From Methanobacteriota archaeon (GTDB lineage Archaea; Thermoplasmatota; Thermoplasmata; SG8-5; DAIRED01), in assembly GCA_043799545.1 (NCBI GenBank), contig JAZDNO010000006.1, positions 3,413 through 67,412 of the forward strand: DNA of 64,000 nucleotides. Reading direction: 5' to 3'. The position numbers and the translations under genes were made by a program. The notes beneath the pieces are model-generated. The model was not told the origin of the DNA and ran no database searches. It saw only the letters and a program-made list of their open reading frames with translations. Below are positions 26,937 to 35,836 of the stretch, piece after piece. The first letter of the stretch is position 1. Each line of letters opens with the position of its first letter.

Positions 26937-27902
26937 ATGCAAATGCAGAGGGCGTTCGTCACGGGCGGTTGCGGCTTCATAGGGAGCCACTTGATAGACA
27001 ATCTGCTGGCCGGCGGCAGCGCGGTCACAAATGTGGACAACATGTCCACGGGCTTCCGCGAATTCGTTGCGCATCACGAGAAGAACGGTTCGTTGAAGAA
27101 CGAATTCTACGACCTCAAGGACCTGGGCCGCCTGTCAAAGTCCATGGTAGGCAGCGACGCCGTTTTCCACTTCGCAGCCAACGCGGACATCCGCCGCGGG
27201 CTCGAGGACACCTATCGGGACCTGGAGCGCAACGTCCTGACCACGTACAACGTCCTGGAATCCATGAGGAAGAACGACGTGAAGGAGCTGGTCTATGCGT
27301 CATCCGCCGCCGTTTACGGCGACCAGGCCAAGTTCCCGACGCCGGAGGACGCGCCCAAGACTCAAACGTCGTTCTACGGGGCTTCGAAGCTCTCGGGCGA
27401 GGCGTTCATCGAGGCTTTCTGCGAGGCCTACGGGATGCGCGCGTGCATGCTCAGATTCGTCTCGGTCGTCGGAGAGCGGCACCCTCACGGCGTCACCTTC
27501 GATTTCGTGAAGAAGCTTCTGGCGAATCCCAAGGAGATGGAGATATTCGGCAATGGGAAGCAGCGCAAATCTTTCCTGTACATAGGCGACTGTGTGGATG
27601 GTTTCATGCACGCTCACAGGCATGCAAAAGGGAAGGTCAATATCTTCAACATCGGAAACCTGGACACAATCGAGGTCACGGGGGTCGCCGACATCGTCGT
27701 GGAGGAGATGGGCCTGAAGGGAGTGAAATACAATTACACCGGCGGCGAGCGCGGATGGATAGGGGACGCGCCAATCGTGCATCTCTCGGTGGACAGGCTG
27801 ATGGCTCTTGGTTGGAAGCCCAAGGTTTCAGTCGAGGAAGGAATCAGGCGCACGGCTAGGTGGCTGCTCCAGAACAAATGGATATACGGGCCAAGGAGTT
27901 AG
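26937..27902 (+). CDS. NAD-dependent sugar epimerase/dehydratase (GalE-like SDR)
   Basis: GGCGFIGSHL Rossmann motif and YASSAAVYG...YGASK catalytic YxxxK. Confidence 0.85.
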   Translation: MQMQRAFVTGGCGFIGSHLIDNLLAGGSAVTNVDNMSTGFREFVAHHEKNGSLKNEFYDLKDLGRLSKSMVGSDAVFHFAANADIRRGLEDTYRDLERNVLTTYNVLESMRKNDVKELVYASSAAVYGDQAKFPTPEDAPKTQTSFYGASKLSGEAFIEAFCEAYGMRACMLRFVSVVGERHPHGVTFDFVKKLLANPKEMEIFGNGKQRKSFLYIGDCVDGFMHAHRHAKGKVNIFNIGNLDTIEVTGVADIVVEEMGLKGVKYNYTGGERGWIGDAPIVHLSVDRLMALGWKPKVSVEEGIRRTARWLLQNKWIYGPRS

Positions 27903-27905
27903 TAG

Positions 27906-28610
27906 ATGCCTATCAACCAGGTCGTCATCCTGGCGGGAGGGCTCGGCACGCGCCTAAAGCCAATCACGCAGGTAATGCCGAAGCCCATGGTCGAGGTAGG
28001 TGGCTCGCCTTTCCTCGAAGTGCTGGTCGAGCGATTGAAGCGCCGGGGTTTTGATGATTTCATCATGCTCGTAGGGCATCTGGGAGACCAGATAATACGC
28101 CATTTTGCCGACGGCTCCGAATTCGGCGTCAAAATCCGCTACTCCGTTGAAAAGGAGCTGCTGGGCACGGGCGGAGCGCTGAAGCAGGCGGAGCCGCTCC
28201 TGGCGGAAAGATTCATGGTGGTGTACGGCGACAGTTATCTGCCACTGGATTACAGCGAGCCGATGCTGGCTTTCGAATCGAGCGGAAAGGCGGGGCTAAT
28301 CACAGTCTATTCCAACCATCCGAGGATTGCCAGGAACAACGTGGAAGTGGGCGGGGACGGCATAGTCAAGCTATACGAGAAGTCCGCCGAGACGCAGGCG
28401 ATGAACGGCGTCGAGGCTGGCGTATTCTTCCTCGAAAGACAAACCTTGAATTGTTTGGAGCCAGGCAAATTCTCGCTCGAGCAGGCGCTCTTTCCAAAAC
28501 TGATAAAAAGGGGCGAGCTGATGGGGTTCATGACCAGCGTGCGCTTCTGGGACATAGGAACTCCCGATGGCCTGGAGGCGGCGCGGAGGACATTGCATGA
28601 CCTTGATTAG
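27906..28610 (+). CDS. sugar-phosphate nucleotidyltransferase; HddC-like D-glycero-D-manno-heptose-1-phosphate guanylyltransferase
   Basis: LAGGLGTRLKPIT motif. Operon context with HddA, GmhA and GmhB. Confidence 0.7.
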   Translation: MPINQVVILAGGLGTRLKPITQVMPKPMVEVGGSPFLEVLVERLKRRGFDDFIMLVGHLGDQIIRHFADGSEFGVKIRYSVEKELLGTGGALKQAEPLLAERFMVVYGDSYLPLDYSEPMLAFESSGKAGLITVYSNHPRIARNNVEVGGDGIVKLYEKSAETQAMNGVEAGVFFLERQTLNCLEPGKFSLEQALFPKLIKRGELMGFMTSVRFWDIGTPDGLEAARRTLHDLD

Positions 28611-29604
28611 CCGGGCACCGGTCCGAATTAGCTTCGGGGGCGGCGGCACGGATCTGGCATCGTATTACGAGAAGCACGGCGGAATGGTAATCAGCGCTTC
28701 CATCAACAAGTACTTCTACACGATTCTCGAGATGCGGGAGGATGACCGCATTCAGCTTATTTCGTCGGACCTCCAGCTCAGCCAGACCGTGCGCGACTTT
28801 TACCACCTTAAGCTCGGGGAAGGGCTGGACATACCGGTGGCTGTGATAAAGCATTTCAACATCCAGAGGGGGATGAACCTCTTCATGGCATCGGAGGTCC
28901 CGCCGGGCACTGGCCTGGGCTCGTCCGGCACGGTGTGCGTCAACCTGGTGAACATGTTCAACAGCCTCGAGCATATGAAAATGACGAAGCAGGAGATTGC
29001 CGAGACTGCATACAAGGTGGGTCACGACGACTTGGCGATGCCTATCGGGAAGCAGGACGAGTACGCCGCGAGCTTCGGCGGCCTGAACGTTTTCCACTTC
29101 ACGAAAGAAGGCGTCACTGTCGAGCCGCTGGGAATCTCAAAGGAGGTTCGCAAGCGCCTCGAGGAGGACATCATGCTCTTCTTCACAGGACGCACGCGAG
29201 ACTCTGCGAAGATACTGGCCTGCCAGGACAAAGGCGGCAAGGACGACGAGAACGTCGTTGTCAGTTCCCTCCACAACATCAAGAAGCTCGGATACGAAAT
29301 CAAGGACGCGATAACCGAGGGGGACCTCCGCAAGTTCGGGGAGCTCATGGGCATGGCATGGGAGAGCAAGAAGAAGCTGGCCAAGGGCATCACGAACGAG
29401 CGGATAGATGGGCTGTACAAAATCGCCATCGAGAAGGGGGCGCTGGGGGCCAAGCTGACTGGTGCAGGCGGCGGAGGCTACCTGATGCTATTCTGCGAGA
29501 AGCCCAACCAGAAAGCGGTGCGCGACGCCCTTTCGGCGCAAGGTTTAAAGCCCATGGACTTCAAGTTCGACATGCACGGGGCCAAGATAATCGGAGGCGA
29601 TTAG
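28597..29604 (+). CDS. GHMP kinase; HddA-like D-glycero-D-manno-heptose-7-phosphate kinase
   Basis: N-terminal RAPVRISFGGGGTD and ATP-binding PPGTGLGSSG. Start set at MTLISRAP (28597). Confidence 0.7.
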   Translation: MTLISRAPVRISFGGGGTDLASYYEKHGGMVISASINKYFYTILEMREDDRIQLISSDLQLSQTVRDFYHLKLGEGLDIPVAVIKHFNIQRGMNLFMASEVPPGTGLGSSGTVCVNLVNMFNSLEHMKMTKQEIAETAYKVGHDDLAMPIGKQDEYAASFGGLNVFHFTKEGVTVEPLGISKEVRKRLEEDIMLFFTGRTRDSAKILACQDKGGKDDENVVVSSLHNIKKLGYEIKDAITEGDLRKFGELMGMAWESKKKLAKGITNERIDGLYKIAIEKGALGAKLTGAGGGGYLMLFCEKPNQKAVRDALSAQGLKPMDFKFDMHGAKIIGGD

Positions 29605-29605
29605 G

Positions 29606-30214
29606 ATGAGCGAATTCAGGAAAAAGTACATGAAGGGGTATCTGGAGGAAGTCAGGCAGTGCCTCGTGGCGATGGAGGGGCAGCTCGACGTCTTCGACGA
29701 GCTGGGGCAGATGTTGCTCGATACCCGGGAGCGCGGCGCGACGGTATTCCTCTGCGGGAACGGCGGGAGCGCATCATGCGCGTCACACTTTACGAGCGAC
29801 CTGGCAAAGGGGACGATACACCCGAAGGAGGCGCGATTCCGCGTGCTCTCGCTTGCGGACAACATCCCCCTCATGACTGCCTGGGGGAACGACTCAAGCT
29901 ACGCCGACATCTTCGTGGAGCAGCTGAAGAACCTGATGAAGCCGGGTGACCTGGTCATCGGGATAAGTGGCTCGGGGAACTCGCCGAATGTCCTTAAGAC
30001 CATCGAGTGGGCGAGGGCGAACGGCGCGAAGACTGTCAGCATCACGGGTTTCCAGGGCGGCAAAATGGCGTCGGCCGCAGAGTGGGCGTACGTGATTCCC
30101 CTGCACTACATGCAGCAGATCGAGGACTTGCACATGCTCATCGAGCACATGGTCACCTCGTCCATCCGCGAGGAGTTCCACGCCAAGCACGGAACGGACC
30201 CGAAGGGCTGCTGA
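29606..30214 (+). CDS. gmhA: phosphoheptose (sedoheptulose-7-phosphate) isomerase, SIS domain
   Basis: CGNGGSASCASHF and GISGSGNS SIS motifs. Confidence 0.8.
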   Translation: MSEFRKKYMKGYLEEVRQCLVAMEGQLDVFDELGQMLLDTRERGATVFLCGNGGSASCASHFTSDLAKGTIHPKEARFRVLSLADNIPLMTAWGNDSSYADIFVEQLKNLMKPGDLVIGISGSGNSPNVLKTIEWARANGAKTVSITGFQGGKMASAAEWAYVIPLHYMQQIEDLHMLIEHMVTSSIREEFHAKHGTDPKGC

Positions 30215-30218
30215 GGCG

Positions 30219-30764
30219 ATGACCGCACCCGCCATGGCCGCACACGCCGCTGCTGAAATACACGCAATCCAACCGGGCACCCTGAAGGCGATATTTCTCG
30301 ACCGTGACGGAGTCATCAACAAGATGTACAAGGGCGATTGGGTGCGCACATGGGAGCAGTTTGTCTGGCTCCCGGGGGCTATGGACGCAGTGGCGCTCAT
30401 CAGCAAGAAGGGCTACCTCTGCGCAATAATCACCAACCAGTCGTGCGTGGGGAGGGGCGTCGTGCCTCGGGAGACGGTGGACGACATCAACGGCCGCATG
30501 GTGGCCGAGCTGGAGAAAGCCGGGGGGAAAATCTCCGGCGTCTACGTGTGCCCGCACAGGCCCGATGAGGGCTGCCCGTGCCGCAAGCCAGGAACTCTGA
30601 ATTTCGAGAGGGCCATGAAGGATTTGGGAGTCAGGGCGGACGAAATACTTTTCGTCGGGGACAACGAGAGCGACAGGGAGGCAGCGAGGCGCGTGGGGTG
30701 CATGTTCGAGATGGCGGGCGGGGAGCGCACTCTTCTCAAAATCGTGGAAGAATTACTGGCTTGA
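30219..30764 (+). CDS. gmhB: D,D-heptose 1,7-bisphosphate phosphatase (HAD family)
   Basis: HAD motif I FLDRDGVIN and Zn-binding CPHRPDEGCPCRKP typical of GmhB. Confidence 0.8.
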   Translation: MTAPAMAAHAAAEIHAIQPGTLKAIFLDRDGVINKMYKGDWVRTWEQFVWLPGAMDAVALISKKGYLCAIITNQSCVGRGVVPRETVDDINGRMVAELEKAGGKISGVYVCPHRPDEGCPCRKPGTLNFERAMKDLGVRADEILFVGDNESDREAARRVGCMFEMAGGERTLLKIVEELLA

Positions 30765-30842
30765 AAATTCATGGTATCGACGCGGAGGAAGGCATTTATA
30801 TCAATTCCCAAATGAGACGTCAATAAGGTGGAGTGTTAGAAA

Positions 30843-32348
30843 TTGAAGGTTCCCAATCCATTCGAGAATCCGAAGCCCGGAGAATGCTGGACGGAGCGGG
30901 GAGCCAAATATTTCAGGTACGCGTTTGTGATTTTGAGCGTTATCCTCATACTCAGCGCCGTAAGTTCATTTTTCATCAGTAGGGAATTATCCAAGGCGAG
31001 CGGAACGGTCGTGGAATCTCCCGAATTGATTGCACTTGTTGCAGCAGATATGATACTCGGTAGCCTTCAAATAGGACTGGGCGCTCTCATGAGCTTGCTC
31101 CTTCTGTTGGGACTGGTCGGATTCTATACCGGTAGAAAAGAGTTCGGGGAAAAGCACGAGAAGAATGTCAAAAGAGCAATGGTCACCATCGTATTCGCAA
31201 TTGGTTTTATTGCAGCATCGTTCGCCTTACTACCGCAAGCGACAAGCGGGGGTTACGAGTTTACAGATGGGCAGGTAATTGTTCTCGGAGCATCGGATAC
31301 CAACATAGACGGTGCGACCGTCTTCAACACATTGTTGAGTGGCGTCATGGTTCTGATTGGACTGGTATGCATTACCTTATTTTTATACTTCTTTATCGTG
31401 GAATTAAGCAGTCAGCAGCAAAAAGCAAACATCGTCGGGGCAGCTGGCGTTATCATTGTTTCCGCAATCGTCTGGCAAATAATATTGTCTTATCTGGTTA
31501 TGACATCTGATATCGAATCTGCGGCCGACATTTTAAATGTTCAAGCCATAGCCATACTTTTGTTTATTCCGATTGCTGTAGGCTTATCGATGATGGCCAT
31601 CGCCTATAACGGTGTTTTCAAGAGAATCAAAAACAGGGAGATAAAACCGAAATTGCCAGAAGTTGTTTCTGTTCCTCCGATAACCTCATCGTCCGTACCA
31701 TGTGCGGAGATGTCGCCAGTCAACGTGTCGTCGATACTTGCTTCAGCGCACCCGTTGGTCGAGGAAATCGTCCGATTAGAATACAAAATTCGAATGCCGC
31801 TAACTTGGATTATCGCAATAATTTATACGATGCTCATTTGTTGGTTTCTGGGCATATGGGTTGGGCTCGTAATATTGGCAATAACCATAGTCCTTTTGGG
31901 TTGGACGTTATGGGGTTTCAAGGCATACCAGACAAAGTACCAATATAAGCCTATGGGGCAGGTTACAGTCTGGCACATTCTTTATTGGCGGACCCACCTT
32001 AGAAACGCACAGGATAAATCTTACGAAGTTAAGGATTATTATCCGTATGTTGTCAGTGACACGCTCCTAATGATAACCGATATCAAAGGTTATTTTGAAT
32101 ATAAAATTATCAGCGCCATAGTGTTCGTACCACTATTGCTCGTATTTTTCTTGAATAGTACTCTCCCGGTGAGCGATGGGAACGGTCCCCCGTGGGCTAT
32201 GTGGATCGCAGCGATTGGTTTTATCGCCTCTACTATGTTCATCGACTTGGCCATTTGGGGTGTTCTGCGGAGCCGATTCAAGGACGTCCGGAAACGATTG
32301 GAGACCTTCAAATCGAACATAGACGCCTTCTGGCGGGCGTATGGGTGA
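30843..32348 (+). CDS. AT-rich polytopic membrane protein of ~13 TM helices, no conserved motif; candidate Wzy-like glycan polymerase
   Basis: 501 aa, highly hydrophobic. GC content drops markedly over exactly this ORF. Located between heptose genes and glycosyltransferases. Confidence 0.45.
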   Translation: MKVPNPFENPKPGECWTERGAKYFRYAFVILSVILILSAVSSFFISRELSKASGTVVESPELIALVAADMILGSLQIGLGALMSLLLLLGLVGFYTGRKEFGEKHEKNVKRAMVTIVFAIGFIAASFALLPQATSGGYEFTDGQVIVLGASDTNIDGATVFNTLLSGVMVLIGLVCITLFLYFFIVELSSQQQKANIVGAAGVIIVSAIVWQIILSYLVMTSDIESAADILNVQAIAILLFIPIAVGLSMMAIAYNGVFKRIKNREIKPKLPEVVSVPPITSSSVPCAEMSPVNVSSILASAHPLVEEIVRLEYKIRMPLTWIIAIIYTMLICWFLGIWVGLVILAITIVLLGWTLWGFKAYQTKYQYKPMGQVTVWHILYWRTHLRNAQDKSYEVKDYYPYVVSDTLLMITDIKGYFEYKIISAIVFVPLLLVFFLNSTLPVSDGNGPPWAMWIAAIGFIASTMFIDLAIWGVLRSRFKDVRKRLETFKSNIDAFWRAYG

Positions 32349-32352
32349 TTGA

Positions 32353-32625
32353 ATGGAACGTCCTGACCTCTACGTTCTCGCCCGGTTCCTCGAAGCGCTC
32401 TGGCTAAAGGGGAAGGGGCAGATGCGCAGGACGGAACTTCAGATGGCCGTCCGGCTGAATTACGACCTTTACACGAAATACCTCGAATTCCTCGCCGCAA
32501 AAGGGCTGGTCTCGGAAACGGAAGAGGGCGGCGAGCGCATCGTCAAGATAACGCAAAGGGGAGTCGAGGCGTTCAAAACGCTGGGGGACCTCATGAGCCA
32601 GGTGTTCGAAAATAAAAAACCGTGA
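32353..32625 (+). CDS. small winged-helix DNA-binding protein
   Basis: 90 aa. wHTH-like pattern LARFLEALWLKGKGQMRRTELQMAVRLNYDLYTKYLEFLAAKGLV. Confidence 0.45.
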   Translation: MERPDLYVLARFLEALWLKGKGQMRRTELQMAVRLNYDLYTKYLEFLAAKGLVSETEEGGERIVKITQRGVEAFKTLGDLMSQVFENKKP

Positions 32626-32693
32626 CGCCCAGCACATTCGAGCTTTTGCCGCAATCCAAACCATTTTATCCGTTGTCTCATTAAACTGCTTCG

Positions 32694-33389
32694 ATGCCAA
32701 ATCCCAAAGTCTCTGTCATCATCCCCACGATGAACGAGGAGAAAGCCGTTGGCGCGGTCATGGACGCCGTGCACGAAGCCTTGAAGCCGACTGGCTGGCC
32801 TTACGAGGTTCTCATAGTCGATACAAGCTCCAAAGACAAGACCCGCGAAATCGCCTCGTCCAAGGGTGCAATAGTCGTCGACGAACCGCGCAGAGGCTAC
32901 GGGCGCGCCTACAAGACTGGATTTGAAAAGGCGCGTGGCGATTACATCGCCACGCTGGACGCGGACTGCACGTACCCAGCCGAGGACATTCCAAAGTTCG
33001 TCGAAATACTTGAGAAGGACGAGCTGGACTTCATAACCGGCGACCGCCTGAGCCAGATGAAGAAGGGCGTGATGTCTGGCACGCACAAGCTGGGCAACTG
33101 GGTGCTGGTGAAAACGTCGAACATTCTTTTCGGTACAAAGCTCCGCGATTCGCAGAGCGGGATGTGGGTTTTCAGGCGCTCGATAATACCAAAGCTCAAT
33201 CTCGTGAGCGACAAAATGGCCCTGTCCGAGGAAATAAAAATAGAAGTCAAGCTGAAAGGACTGAAGATGCGGGAGATACCCATCGAGTACCGCCCTAGGG
33301 AGGGCGAGGTCAAGCTTAACACATGGCGGGACGGGACGGGCAACCTAAAATACATGTGGCGCAAGAAATTCGGAAAGGCGCGGGACTGA
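32694..33389 (+). CDS. glycosyltransferase family 2; dolichyl-phosphate hexose synthase (Dpm1-like)
   Basis: VSVIIPTMNEE, DxD (LDADC) and the GT2 catalytic region. Confidence 0.8.
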   Translation: MPNPKVSVIIPTMNEEKAVGAVMDAVHEALKPTGWPYEVLIVDTSSKDKTREIASSKGAIVVDEPRRGYGRAYKTGFEKARGDYIATLDADCTYPAEDIPKFVEILEKDELDFITGDRLSQMKKGVMSGTHKLGNWVLVKTSNILFGTKLRDSQSGMWVFRRSIIPKLNLVSDKMALSEEIKIEVKLKGLKMREIPIEYRPREGEVKLNTWRDGTGNLKYMWRKKFGKARD

Positions 33390-33435
33390 GCCGATGAGAA
33401 ATGTTATAACTGCAAAGTGTTTTTAGTCTGAGACC

Positions 33436-34440
33436 ATGGCCGACGAGGATTTCGCGCTTCCAGATGCGCCCGCGATACCTGGCCTTACAACAAGGGGCTT
33501 CGTGTTGAACAAGGATTGTCCAGGGATTGCCCAGCTCTGCCTGGCAATGAAGGATGCTGACCACTACGATTACGTCCCCGACGCCGAGGAGCTTTTCAAG
33601 GAGTTCAGCGCCGAGGCCAAGAAACGCGATCTGGGCAAGGATATTCTCATAGTGGAGTTGGACGGAAAAATCGTGGGCGAATCGTTCGTCTCGTGGGACG
33701 ATGCCCCTTCGGGCGAGAGGCTTTATCAGCTCGACGCCAACCTCGTTCCCGAGCTGCGCGGTACCGGGCTGAGGCGCTCGATGCTGTTATGGGCAGAGCG
33801 GAGGGCGAGGAATATGGCATCCTCGCATCCAGGTGAAACACGAAAGCTGTTCCACGTTTTCACAGACCAAGGCGAGGACCACTGGCGCTCCGTCCTCGAG
33901 TCCAGCGGGTACGCTATTTTCCGGCACGGATTGAAAATGGTCAGGCCGGCGCTGGACGACGTCCCGGAGCTTCCCCTGCCCGAAGGAATAGGGGTGCGCA
34001 AGGTCGAGCCAGCGCACTACGAGAAGATCCGTTTGGCCTGGAACGAAGCGTGCAGGGACATGAGGGGCCAGCTGCCGATAGACGACGAAAATTTCAAGGT
34101 CTGGTCGGAGTTCCCGACTTTCGACCCAACATTATGGCAGATAGCCTGGCACGGCGAGCAGGTCGTTGGCACGGTTTTCGGAATGATTAACGCCAAGGAG
34201 AACGAGATGAACGGGCGCAAGCGCGGGATGACGGAGCTAATATCTGTCGCCAGGCCTTGGCGCGGCAAAGGCATCGCCAAGGCGCTGATGGCGCGATGTA
34301 TGCGCGAACTGAAGGCGAGGGGGATGGCCGAGGCCGCTCTCGGCGTCGATGCGGAGAACCCCAGCGGGGCTCTGAAGCTCTACGAGAAGATGGGTTTCAA
34401 AGTCGTGAAGCGGGTCACGTTCTACCGGAAGCCGTTGTGA
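33436..34440 (+). CDS. GNAT family N-acetyltransferase with tandem GNAT folds
   Basis: C-terminal acetyl-CoA site RGKGIAKALM...GFKV. The N-terminal half also has GNAT-like topology. Confidence 0.6.
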   Translation: MADEDFALPDAPAIPGLTTRGFVLNKDCPGIAQLCLAMKDADHYDYVPDAEELFKEFSAEAKKRDLGKDILIVELDGKIVGESFVSWDDAPSGERLYQLDANLVPELRGTGLRRSMLLWAERRARNMASSHPGETRKLFHVFTDQGEDHWRSVLESSGYAIFRHGLKMVRPALDDVPELPLPEGIGVRKVEPAHYEKIRLAWNEACRDMRGQLPIDDENFKVWSEFPTFDPTLWQIAWHGEQVVGTVFGMINAKENEMNGRKRGMTELISVARPWRGKGIAKALMARCMRELKARGMAEAALGVDAENPSGALKLYEKMGFKVVKRVTFYRKPL

Positions 34441-34453
34441 TGGCGAGCCCTCA

Positions 34454-35836
34454 TCACTTCGTCGATTTTGTCACGTTCACTTTCTCAATCACCATGTCTG
34501 GCACGAACGTGGGCATCCCGCCCATGTCCATCTCCCACCAGAAGACCTGCTTCTGCACCTTGCCCAGCGCGCTCACGCCCTTGAGCATCCGCTCCATGTT
34601 GTCGCTGATGCGCACCCCCTTGACCGAGCCGACTATCTCCCCTTTCTTGACCAGCAGTATCGCGTCGCGGGGAATTGTCGAGTAGTCGCCTGTGGCGTAG
34701 TTCTGGAAGCGGGAGTACCAGACGTTCGTGACCACGATTCCATCGCGCATCCCCTCCAGCAATTCGTCCCTGCTCATGTCTCCGGGGGGCACGACCACAT
34801 TTCTCGGGCGCGGGCCTATGAGGCCAGCGTTTGCCGTGTTTGTTGCCTCGTATTTCTTCGCCGTCGAGGTGTTGTGAAGGTAGGTCATCAGCTTTCCGTT
34901 CTTGATTATCTCGGTCCTCCTCGTCGGTACGCCCTCGTCGTCTGCGCAGCCGCTAGCCAGCCCGTCCGGCAATGTGCCGTCATCGATGATTGTGATTGCC
35001 TTGCTTCCGACCGTTTTTCCAATCTTGTCTTTAAGGAAGGACATCCCCGCGTCGACCGCGGAGGCCGATGCGAATTGCGCAGTCATCATAGGCATATCGG
35101 CCCCGGACATGTGAGTGAAGAGCACGCTCATCTTGCCGTCGGGTCCGGGCTTGGGCGCACTTGCCAGCTTACAGAACGCGGCCGCCTCCTTGCCCGCGCC
35201 GACCGGGTCGAGGGCGCGCATCGAGGTAGCGCAGCTCACGGCGTGGCCGGAACCTCCCCCCTTTCCGAAGGCCCTTATTGAGAAATTTAGAGAAGCCCCC
35301 TCCTCTTCGAACGACGGCCCTCGGGACGACGCCATGGTATCTGTCGTGTGGTAGCGATGCAGCACGCCAGCGCAGCGGTCCGCGCCGTTGGATTCTGCCG
35401 CCTCTATTCCCCTCCAAGCCATGTCGACCAGCGCATCCTCAGAGTCTATTATCTTTTTGTCGAGCGGTAGCTTCCTGTATTTGTATTTGCCTTCCGCTAC
35501 CCCAAAATAGTCTTTGTTCTCCGGAGTCTTGGCGGAACTTTTCTTCAATTCCGCAAGCACCGCATCGATGCGCGAGACATCGTTGAGGCTCGACGTGACC
35601 ACGCGCTTCCCGAAGGCCAGGAAGACATCCATGCTCATCTCCGACCAGGCCTGCGAGACCACGACCTCGCTGTTGGCGAACTTAATCTGGCTCTTGTCAA
35701 GGCGGTCGAGGGACACCACAGCATCGGTTGCGCCGATGCGCAGCGCTTTGGCAACAGTCCCGTCGACCAGTTCGCGGTCATCGACCTCGCTGCGAGACTT
35801 CTTCGTGCTTGCTATCAAACGCTTCCTGTTCTGCAT
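34454..35836 (-). CDS. PmbA/TldE-type modulator protein (peptidase U62 family; lacks HExxxH)
   Basis: U62 family sequence similarity over the full length. Forms a pair with the upstream TldD. Confidence 0.7.
   Translation of the reverse strand: MQNRKRLIASTKKSRSEVDDRELVDGTVAKALRIGATDAVVSLDRLDKSQIKFANSEVVVSQAWSEMSMDVFLAFGKRVVTSSLNDVSRIDAVLAELKKSSAKTPENKDYFGVAEGKYKYRKLPLDKKIIDSEDALVDMAWRGIEAAESNGADRCAGVLHRYHTTDTMASSRGPSFEEEGASLNFSIRAFGKGGGSGHAVSCATSMRALDPVGAGKEAAAFCKLASAPKPGPDGKMSVLFTHMSGADMPMMTAQFASASAVDAGMSFLKDKIGKTVGSKAITIIDDGTLPDGLASGCADDEGVPTRRTEIIKNGKLMTYLHNTSTAKKYEATNTANAGLIGPRPRNVVVPPGDMSRDELLEGMRDGIVVTNVWYSRFQNYATGDYSTIPRDAILLVKKGEIVGSVKGVRISDNMERMLKGVSALGKVQKQVFWWEMDMGGMPTFVPDMVIEKVNVTKSTK

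Noticed and set aside
30843-32348. AglB/STT3 oligosaccharyltransferase assignment for the AT-rich membrane protein
   Set aside because: No WWDYG or DK motif and only ~500 aa. Size and topology fit a Wzy-like polymerase better, but even that is speculative.
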